Origin: Candidatus Heimdallarchaeota archaeon
GTDB taxonomy: Archaea; Asgardarchaeota; Heimdallarchaeia; Heimdallarchaeales; Heimdallarchaeaceae
Assembly (NCBI GenBank): GCA_030668875.1
Contig: DAOVER010000004.1
Coordinates: 30,001-62,000, forward strand
DNA length: 32,000 bases
Direction of reading: 5' to 3'
Shown: one piece after another, positions 24,901 through 32,000 of the stretch
Layout of the letters: each line of letters begins with the position of its first letter
Numbering within the stretch: position 1 is the stretch's first letter
Program-made: the position numbers and the translations under genes
Notes under the pieces: generated by a model
Seen by the model: the letters and a program-made list of their open reading frames with translations, nothing else
Databases searched by the model: none
Told to the model about the DNA's origin: nothing

Positions 24901-25332
24901 ATGACTAAAGATGAGAAAGATTCTCAGATAATAAATCAGATCTATTCTATTTTTAGAGATAGTACGAGAAGAAAAATACTTACTCTACTTAGCAATATGA
25001 AACTAACTGCAGACGATTTAACAGAGGAATTAGCTATATCGCGTCCAGCGGTTGAGAAACATTTGAAACAAATGCTGGATATTGGATTGATTGAGAGAAT
25101 AGCTGACACTTATCCCACATTGAAATATCTTTATACAATCCCTGAACCAAGCGTTGACTTAATGTCAAATATACACGATTCTATTGAAGAGTTTGTTACT
25201 TCTATAATAGATGACTATTCAAGAAGATTAGAAAATGAAGAACAACTTTACCTCTTAGGCATGTCATCTAAGGAAAGATATGAAGCTATTAGAGAAAAAT
25301 ACGACTCCATTTTAAAGAAATTAAGATCATAA
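24901..25332 (+). CDS. ArsR/SmtB-family winged-helix regulator
   Basis: IFRDSTRRKILTLL, LTADDLTEELAISRPAVEKHLKQMLDIGLIER. Confidence 0.85.
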   Translation: MTKDEKDSQIINQIYSIFRDSTRRKILTLLSNMKLTADDLTEELAISRPAVEKHLKQMLDIGLIERIADTYPTLKYLYTIPEPSVDLMSNIHDSIEEFVTSIIDDYSRRLENEEQLYLLGMSSKERYEAIREKYDSILKKLRS

Positions 25333-25354
25333 AAAGCAATAAGTTTGTGATATT

Positions 25355-25846
25355 ATGCACATGAGGTCAAAGAAAACTCTATCTAATAAAGAAAAACGAG
25401 ATTTACAAACTAAAGTGATAGAATTATATGGCAAAAAAGTATTATCCTCCTTTCAAAAATCATTGATACTTCAAAGTATAAAAACTGAAGAAGGAACGTT
25501 TATTGTCAAAGACAAAAAGATTTGGTGGTTCCTTCATGATGGAAAATACATTCCTTCGATACACTTCCTTAGAGAGTTAAATCCTGGTCTACACAAAATA
25601 GTGGTCGATGTAGGCGCTATCAGATTTATCACAAACGGTGCAGATGTTATGGCTCCAGGTATAGTGTCCTTTGATGATAACATAACAAAAGGGGCCTACG
25701 TTATAATACATGAAGAGCGAGCCAATGCAATTCTTGGCGTGGGTATCTCTCTTATAGATGCAGAAGAATTTAGTAAAAATAAAAAGGGTAAAGTAGTAAA
25801 ATTAATCCATCATTTGAAAGATAAAATATGGTCTGCTCAGTTCTAA
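25355..25846 (+). CDS. DUF1947 + PUA RNA-binding protein (MCT-1/Tma20-like)
   Basis: LSNKEKR, PSIHFL, VVDVGAIRFITNGADVMAPGIV, HHLKDKIW. Confidence 0.9.
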   Translation: MHMRSKKTLSNKEKRDLQTKVIELYGKKVLSSFQKSLILQSIKTEEGTFIVKDKKIWWFLHDGKYIPSIHFLRELNPGLHKIVVDVGAIRFITNGADVMAPGIVSFDDNITKGAYVIIHEERANAILGVGISLIDAEEFSKNKKGKVVKLIHHLKDKIWSAQF

Positions 25847-25849
25847 ATC

Positions 25850-27793
25850 TTACCTTAACCTTATAGTTGTACCATTTGTAGGTGCCATACTCTCTCTTTT
25901 AGTTGCTTTGTATACCCACGAAGCAAATTTATTTGCTTTTGATTCTTCACCATGAAAAACTATAACTCTTTCTGGTTTTGGAGTAACTTTGCGAATGTAG
26001 TTTTCTAATTCTCTTCTGTCACTATGTCCTGTAAATCCTGAAATACTATGAACCGGCATTTCTATATGATACATGACTGTTTTGCGGTTTTCCATAAGTT
26101 GGATCTCTGTTATGCCTTTCTGAACCTTACTTCCCATGGTTCCTTTTCCTTGGTAACTTACAAACACCATTGCGTTATTTGGATCAGAACATAGTGCTTT
26201 GAAGTATTGAACGCTTGGACCTCCACTTAACATACCACTTGTAGCTACAATTATTGCAGAATCTCCTTTTACAATTAGTTCTCGTTCTTCATTTGAAGCT
26301 ACATGTTTCATTTGTTCTGATAGGAAAGGATTTTGACCTGCATGGAATATCCTTTCTCTAAGACTCTTTGATAAAAATTCAGGGTGGGCAGTTGTTATTG
26401 CAGATGCTTCTCGAATCATACCATCTGTGTAAATTGGAATTGTAGGTATTTCCTTTGTTTTCATTAAATTCTCTAGAACAACAAGAATCTCTTGGGCTCT
26501 GCCAACAGCTAGAACTGGAATAAGAATCTTTCCATTTTTCTTTATGGTGTCATTAACAATGTTTCTCAACATTTTTTCACACTCTGCTCTTGGAGGAAGA
26601 ATATCTTGGGGTTTTCCATAAGTAGATTCAATGAAGAGCGTTTCCAATCTAGGGAATCTGCAGTTTGCTGGATCTAAAAGGTTTGATCTAGCAAATTTAA
26701 TGTCTTGTGCAAATGCGATGTTATAAACACCTTCACCAATGTGAAGATGAGGGATTGTACTTCCTACAATATGTCCTGCATTGTGGAAAGTTAAACGAAT
26801 GTCAGGTGAGATATCTGTTACTTCTCCATAGTTTAAAACTATAGTGTGAAGTACTGACTCCCTTATGTCCTTCTGTTCATATGGTATGGTTTTTCCTTCT
26901 TTTGCGGCTACATCAAGATAATCTATTTGAAGCATTGTCATTAAATCTCTTGTTGGTTTTGTAGCATATACAGCGCCCTTATACCCATATTTGAAAAGAT
27001 AAGGCACAAAACCAGAATGATCAAGATGAGCATGCGATATTACAACAGCATCCAACTGATCAACATCAAATTCAGGAAGGTCAAAGCGAGGAAAAGTATT
27101 ATTTGGTGAATTGCTCCCAACATTGATTCCGCAATCTACTAATACTCTACTTTCACCAGTTTGAATTAGAGAACTACTTCTACCAACTTCTGAGTAACCA
27201 CCTAAAGCAGTTACTCGAATTGTATCATCTCTATAAATAATGGGTCGATGAATACGCTTACCAATATTCTTCATAATTTCCTGTCTTTTCTTTGAATGTT
27301 CTTGATAGAGATGTCTAATAGTTTTTATTACCCTGGATTCAATTGGGGGTGTTCGCATAACATTTGGTCGCCACAAAGTTTTAGCGATAATTGTTCGTAG
27401 CATTTCGCCAGATTTTCCAATAATTACTCCCGGTTTCAGAGCTTCTATAATTACCTCTCCAACAAGCTCGTCAAAATCTATTGAAGTAATTTCTCCTTCT
27501 TTTCCTACCAACTCTGTAATCAAGTAAGTGGTTTCATCTTTGGGCAATCTTACACTAGGATCAGATCTAATAACAATCCTTTTTCGTAACTTCTTTGCTA
27601 ATCCCTTAACAATGGTTTCGTCGTCTACCAGTACTCTTGGATTGCGAGAATAAACTGCGACCTCTGGCCCTTCAAACTCTATTCGTGTAATTTCTGAGTT
27701 GCTAGGTAGTTCTACATGTATGTCTTTGGACGTTTGTTCTAGTACTTCTTTATAACTCAAGATATCCGACCCTTCTAATTGATCTAAATACAA
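25850..27793 (-). CDS. fttA: Beta-CASP ribonuclease aCPSF1 / transcription termination factor FttA
   Basis: KH-domain N-terminus (EFEGPEVAVY, GVIIGKSG), LGGYSEVGRS, SHAHLDHSG, AGHIVGS, ESTYG, SGFTGHSDR, HGE. Confidence 0.96.
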   Translation of the reverse strand: MYLDQLEGSDILSYKEVLEQTSKDIHVELPSNSEITRIEFEGPEVAVYSRNPRVLVDDETIVKGLAKKLRKRIVIRSDPSVRLPKDETTYLITELVGKEGEITSIDFDELVGEVIIEALKPGVIIGKSGEMLRTIIAKTLWRPNVMRTPPIESRVIKTIRHLYQEHSKKRQEIMKNIGKRIHRPIIYRDDTIRVTALGGYSEVGRSSSLIQTGESRVLVDCGINVGSNSPNNTFPRFDLPEFDVDQLDAVVISHAHLDHSGFVPYLFKYGYKGAVYATKPTRDLMTMLQIDYLDVAAKEGKTIPYEQKDIRESVLHTIVLNYGEVTDISPDIRLTFHNAGHIVGSTIPHLHIGEGVYNIAFAQDIKFARSNLLDPANCRFPRLETLFIESTYGKPQDILPPRAECEKMLRNIVNDTIKKNGKILIPVLAVGRAQEILVVLENLMKTKEIPTIPIYTDGMIREASAITTAHPEFLSKSLRERIFHAGQNPFLSEQMKHVASNEERELIVKGDSAIIVATSGMLSGGPSVQYFKALCSDPNNAMVFVSYQGKGTMGSKVQKGITEIQLMENRKTVMYHIEMPVHSISGFTGHSDRRELENYIRKVTPKPERVIVFHGEESKANKFASWVYKATKRESMAPTNGTTIRLR

Positions 27794-27935
27794 GTGCTTT
27801 TTAGAATAGGCTTACCTATTTGTTTAAACAAAAATATTAAACTAATGTAAATCGCTAAACAGTCTTTAAATACTTTGTGTTTATTGAATTTAGGTGTTAG
27901 ATTGGTTGTTAGCAAAGAAACTGACAAAATTACCT

Positions 27936-28484
27936 TTAGTTCCCCTTCCTCAAATACCAACCTCTATCCTTCGGAGTGTTTTTGCTCCCCTTTATTATTA
28001 CTGTGTTTGAGGGTGAATTTTGAAGCTCTTCTGAACTTATAATTGTTTCTCCAACTCCATAATGGATGTTGTTTCTCCCCTCAATTATGATTAAATCTCC
28101 CTTCTTAAAAACCTCATCAAACCTAAGAACATTGTCTGTGAAGATAGATTTTCCATAAAGAAACTGATCAGTTTTTATGTGTATTACCTTCTTTGATTTT
28201 AATCTGATTAGCGCGCTCCCCTCAATTTCTAAATGAAACTTATCATTCTTTATTGAACCAATGGGTATTCCAGCAAAATACAGATTGTGGGAGATAGTTT
28301 TTGCGATTTTTGCAATATTTGGACGTAAAGCGCAAATCTCTTTGATTTTTCCATCTCTCATCCATAAAAGACGATTTTGCAATGAATCCAATCCCTTCTT
28401 CCCAAATTGTTCTTCAATCTCTCTTCGAACAATTTCCTCTTCCGTTTTGGTTGTTTTTCGGAAGTTCACTGTTTTATTACTCAT
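27936..28484 (-). CDS. nip7: Nip7-like ribosome biogenesis protein (PUA domain)
   Basis: FRKTTKTE, LYFAGIPIG, FHLEIEG, FLYGKSIF, PKDRGWYLRKG. ATGA overlap with the Nop2-like gene. Confidence 0.75.
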   Translation of the reverse strand: MSNKTVNFRKTTKTEEEIVRREIEEQFGKKGLDSLQNRLLWMRDGKIKEICALRPNIAKIAKTISHNLYFAGIPIGSIKNDKFHLEIEGSALIRLKSKKVIHIKTDQFLYGKSIFTDNVLRFDEVFKKGDLIIIEGRNNIHYGVGETIISSEELQNSPSNTVIIKGSKNTPKDRGWYLRKGN

Positions 28485-29446
28485 TGTTCTTTCACCATTT
28501 TAATTATAAAGAAACCTTCTCCTTTTGATGTATGTGGATATATTCTCTTGGCCTTTGTTACATCTGGATGAAAATTATATTGTTGAAATTTTTCTAAACC
28601 TGCTTTTCCTTGAATTTTTAACTCCTCTATTTTACAATCAAATTTCTCAAGAACTTGAGTTATTACAAGCTCGTTTTCCTCGGGCTCCAAAGAGCATGTA
28701 CAATAAACTAGCTCTCCTCCTGGTTTAAGTACCTGTATGGATTCTGTTAATAACTCAGTCTGATATTTTTGATAATTTAAAATATCAGATAATGTTTTGG
28801 ATTGTTTCCTTGAATGGTCAGAGATAATTATTCCTGATCCTGAACAAGGGGCATCTAATAGAATTTTATCAAACCTTAAATCCAGCTCATTTATTTTTCT
28901 GGTGTCATATTGTAATATAATTGTGTTTTCAACACCCATTCGAGCTAAATTCGATTTCAAACTTCTACATCTATTAGAACTTATTTCGAGGGCAATTATT
29001 GTACCCTCATTGTTCATTAATTGGGCTAGATGAGATGTTTTACCACCAGGAGCTGCAGCAAAGTCTCCTATCAGTTCATCTGTTTTTGGAGCAAGTATTC
29101 TGCTTGGGAGCATAGAATTTTTTCCCTGTAACATATAATATCCTCCTAAGTACTCTGGAGTTGCTCCTATTGGTACAGGAGAACCAATGATTTCTTTTCC
29201 CTCAGGTATCCCTACAATATCTTCAAGTTTAATCCTTTTTCTTTCTAATAGTTTTACTGTGTGCTCAAAACTAGATCTTATTGTGTTCAATCTAATTGTT
29301 TTGTTTAACTCAGTTTCGTTAAACTTGAGTAGGTTTGATGTTTCCTCCTCACCCATCATTTCTACAAACCTTTCAATCATATAAACATCATAATTATATT
29401 CTTCGCTTAATTTGTAGGGATTAATATAATTATCTTCCTTATGCAT
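28481..29446 (-). CDS. NOL1/NOP2/Sun-family RNA m5C methyltransferase
   Basis: TIRLNT, GATPEYLGGYY, DFAAAPGGKTSH, DAPCSGSG, YCTCSLEPEENE, YPH...EGFFI. Confidence 0.95.
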   Translation of the reverse strand: MHKEDNYINPYKLSEEYNYDVYMIERFVEMMGEEETSNLLKFNETELNKTIRLNTIRSSFEHTVKLLERKRIKLEDIVGIPEGKEIIGSPVPIGATPEYLGGYYMLQGKNSMLPSRILAPKTDELIGDFAAAPGGKTSHLAQLMNNEGTIIALEISSNRCRSLKSNLARMGVENTIILQYDTRKINELDLRFDKILLDAPCSGSGIIISDHSRKQSKTLSDILNYQKYQTELLTESIQVLKPGGELVYCTCSLEPEENELVITQVLEKFDCKIEELKIQGKAGLEKFQQYNFHPDVTKAKRIYPHTSKGEGFFIIKMVKEQ

Positions 29447-29528
29447 GATAATACATCTGCTGTTTAAATCTAGACTAAAAGACGTATTTCTTAATCTTAA
29501 AAAAGCTATTCTATAATTACCTCAAGAA

Positions 29529-29969
29529 ATGGTTATAACTCTAGTTGAAAAGGAAGTTGCGAAACTCAATTATTCATTCATACATGTAGGTGTATCGAAA
29601 ATCTGCAACAATTGTCCGTTGAAGAAGGTATGTGTTGATGTTCTGAAGGAAAATCATTCATACAAAGTAGTTGAAGTAAGGAAAAAAGAACATACTTGCT
29701 TAATTGAGAATCAACCTATGCTAGTGTGCGTTGTAGAGGAAGCTGATTATACTATCAGTGTAGAAAATCAAAAATATTTGGAAAACATGATTCTCACAAG
29801 AAATTCTTTGAACTGTAAAGAAATCTTATGTGAGAATTACGATTATTGCATGCCACCTCTTTTTGACAGAACCAGTAAGATAAAAGTCCAAAACATTTTG
29901 AGAAAACTGAATTGTCCTCTAGATTTTGACCTAATTTTAATAGATGCAAGGAAAGTAGATAAAGAATAG
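29529..29969 (+). CDS. UPF0179-family Cys-rich protein
   Basis: ITLV...AK, C.NCPLKKVC, YKVVEVR...HTC, CKEILCENYDYC, NCP. Confidence 0.75.
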   Translation: MVITLVEKEVAKLNYSFIHVGVSKICNNCPLKKVCVDVLKENHSYKVVEVRKKEHTCLIENQPMLVCVVEEADYTISVENQKYLENMILTRNSLNCKEILCENYDYCMPPLFDRTSKIKVQNILRKLNCPLDFDLILIDARKVDKE

Positions 29970-29972
29970 TGA

Positions 29973-30668
29973 CTATTTCTTTTCTATTTCATAGTGTTCA
30001 ATAAAAGTTACTTTATCATATTTTTTAGTTATTTCTCCCAAATCTCTTGTTACCCCATTTCGGGTAAACTGAATATATTCCATGAACCGAGTATCTTTTG
30101 GAAGTTCTATAACTATTACCTTGTCTTGTATCACAATCTTTGTCTCAGAAAAATCTATGCCAGGTAATCGTTTTTCAAGGAGACAGATGCACTGTTCCTT
30201 AATATCCATAACTTTTTTGATTATTTCTATGTCATATATTAAATCAAATCCGGCTAAATCATGATTAAAGTCAACTTTTACTCTGCTACTTGATACTTTG
30301 AGAATTCTACCTCTTTGACCACCAATTTCTACTTTTGCGTCTTCTTTTGGTTTTATTTGATGTTTCTGAAATTCTCTCCTTTGAATTAATCGGATTTTTG
30401 AACGATCTCTTAAGCCAAATCCTCTTTTAGCATCAATGTTGATTGTCTTAGAGTCACCTTCTTTTAAACCAATAAGTCCTTCTTCTAATCCAACAGGCAA
30501 TTTATGGTTTCCAACAATAAGAGTAAATGGTTGGTATATAAATTTCTCATCAAAGATATCATGTTCTTTTGCAATTTTTTCAAAAGTTGTATCGAAGACC
30601 TTTTCGTCCTCAGCAGTTTTGCATGTATAGTTTAATTTTACCATGTCACCAATCTTTATATTTGACAT
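29973..30668 (-). CDS. FKBP-type peptidyl-prolyl isomerase (archaeal long type, SlyD-like)
   Basis: GDMVKLNYT...VFDTT, GLEEGL, GFGLRD, VDFNHDLAG. Confidence 0.9.
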   Translation of the reverse strand: MSNIKIGDMVKLNYTCKTAEDEKVFDTTFEKIAKEHDIFDEKFIYQPFTLIVGNHKLPVGLEEGLIGLKEGDSKTINIDAKRGFGLRDRSKIRLIQRREFQKHQIKPKEDAKVEIGGQRGRILKVSSSRVKVDFNHDLAGFDLIYDIEIIKKVMDIKEQCICLLEKRLPGIDFSETKIVIQDKVIVIELPKDTRFMEYIQFTRNGVTRDLGEITKKYDKVTFIEHYEIEKK

Positions 30669-30718
30669 AATTTCACCGGATTTTTGTTGTCAACTAAATC
30701 TTTATGCGTTTGTCCTAT

Positions 30719-31411
30719 TTAAAATTCTGGTTTTGGAGTAATTCCTTTTTTTAATCGGATAAGTAGTTTTTCAAAGTCAGATAGATATATGATTTCTTCT
30801 AATCCTTTAGAAAATGTACTTAGAATTTTGCACTTCCTTTTAGCAAGTTTCTTACTGTATTTAAAGTGCATTAGTGATGGTAGAATGAGTAATTTTTCAT
30901 GAAAATGTATGTTAGTTTTTCCCATATCAACATTTCTTTCTGCAGAATAGCTAATGACCCTGTATAATCCAATTATTCCAAGAGCATCTAAAGCATCTGC
31001 ATCCTTAAGGATCTTTCCCTCTTTGAATTTTGGTAATATTTTCGTGCTAAATCTATGAGATTTAATAGCATCACAAACTTCTGGAATCATATCGTATTTC
31101 TCTTGCTTTTCTAGGTATTCTTTTGCTAATTCAGCACTAATATCCGCATGATTCCTTCCTGTTTTTTCTTCTTCTGCTCTACCTACATCATGAAAAAGAG
31201 CTGCCGTTAATAGGATATCAATTGATGCTCCAAGGCGTTTAGCAATATCCATACACGTATTAGCTACTCTTATTGTATGTTCAAGTGAATGAGATTGACT
31301 CTGGTTATTTCCTGTAAATATATCATCCACATAGTGATATGTTTTGGTTATAAACTTCTGAAACTCCTGATCTGAATCGAAGAAGTTAAGTTTTATTTTA
31401 GCTTTTTGCAT
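30719..31411 (-). CDS. HD-domain phosphohydrolase
   Basis: HSLEHTIRV, LFHDVGR, AIKSHRFS, DADALDALG. Confidence 0.9.
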   Translation of the reverse strand: MQKAKIKLNFFDSDQEFQKFITKTYHYVDDIFTGNNQSQSHSLEHTIRVANTCMDIAKRLGASIDILLTAALFHDVGRAEEEKTGRNHADISAELAKEYLEKQEKYDMIPEVCDAIKSHRFSTKILPKFKEGKILKDADALDALGIIGLYRVISYSAERNVDMGKTNIHFHEKLLILPSLMHFKYSKKLAKRKCKILSTFSKGLEEIIYLSDFEKLLIRLKKGITPKPEF

Positions 31412-31413
31412 TT

Positions 31414-32000
31414 TTATTTCATCTCATGAATATTGTAAATTTTTCCTTGAACTGCACAATTTTCGTCTATTTCGATAACAGCGAAATTTCCTTGTGTAAC
31501 TGGTCCTGGGTTGATTATACAACAATCTCCTAAAAAAGAAATCGTTGGTGATTCATGTATGTGACCAGATACAGAGAGAAATATGTTTGGGTGTGTCTCT
31601 ATAGCCTTTCTTATTTCCCTTGATCCAACATGTCTGTTTAATGAAGCCAAATCTGCACCTGTTCCATAAGGAGGAACATGAGTTAACAAACACACATTCT
31701 CTGCATTTTTTTCTAGTTTCCTTAGTATTTTTTTGTTAATTTTAGGTTGTGCTGAACCAAAGCCTACAAATGTAATTCCTTCCAAACGTTGAGGGTTAGA
31801 TTCAACGTGGAAAAATGATGTTTGAAGTTTCTCCAAGTCATAAATCGGATCACAGTTCCCAAATACAAAGTAAATCTGTGAACTATATATAGAAACGAGT
31901 TCAAGCAGTGAAGACATATTTTCGATAGAACCAAAATTCGTTATATCACCGGCAATTAAGACTGTAAATGGTTTTTTTATGACTTCCTTTGCTTTTGCTA
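31414..32000 (-). CDS. Metallophosphoesterase (Icc/calcineurin-like), 5'-truncated by the window edge
   Basis: Frame stays open to base 32000 (...LIAGDITNFGSIENM...). Motifs GD, GNCD, THVPP, SGHIHE, NPG. Confidence 0.9.
   Translation of the reverse strand, partial: AKAKEVIKKPFTVLIAGDITNFGSIENMSSLLELVSIYSSQIYFVFGNCDPIYDLEKLQTSFFHVESNPQRLEGITFVGFGSAQPKINKKILRKLEKNAENVCLLTHVPPYGTGADLASLNRHVGSREIRKAIETHPNIFLSVSGHIHESPTISFLGDCCIINPGPVTQGNFAVIEIDENCAVQGKIYNIHEMK

Overview
AT-rich archaeal chromosome segment, almost certainly from an Asgard archaeon; sub-lineage cannot be fixed from this window. Archaeal evidence: a tRNA-Arg with a bulge-helix-bulge intron, uS19, eS26, aCPSF1/FttA, TrmY, TrmI, Nop2/Nip7 and BRE/TATA-like promoters. 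Most genes are housekeeping: enolase, ThiL, M32 carboxypeptidase, FKBP and A/V-ATPase subunit E. Several genes resemble eukaryotic endomembrane proteins: a presenilin-type protease, a TRAP-alpha-like protein with both human glycosylation sequons in register, a cytoplasmic protein with an adaptin mu-homology-like N-terminus, and a zinc-ribbon Yip1 protein. The least explained features are (i) a ~165-nt, ~54% GC, highly base-paired intergenic island (15462-15625) matching no RNA family I recognise, and (ii) a diverged in-frame duplication with a 39-nt triplet repeat inside a MacB/FtsX-type permease. No transposase, integrase, CRISPR array or rRNA was seen. Family calls come from motif recognition and from reference sequences recalled from memory; no database search was run.
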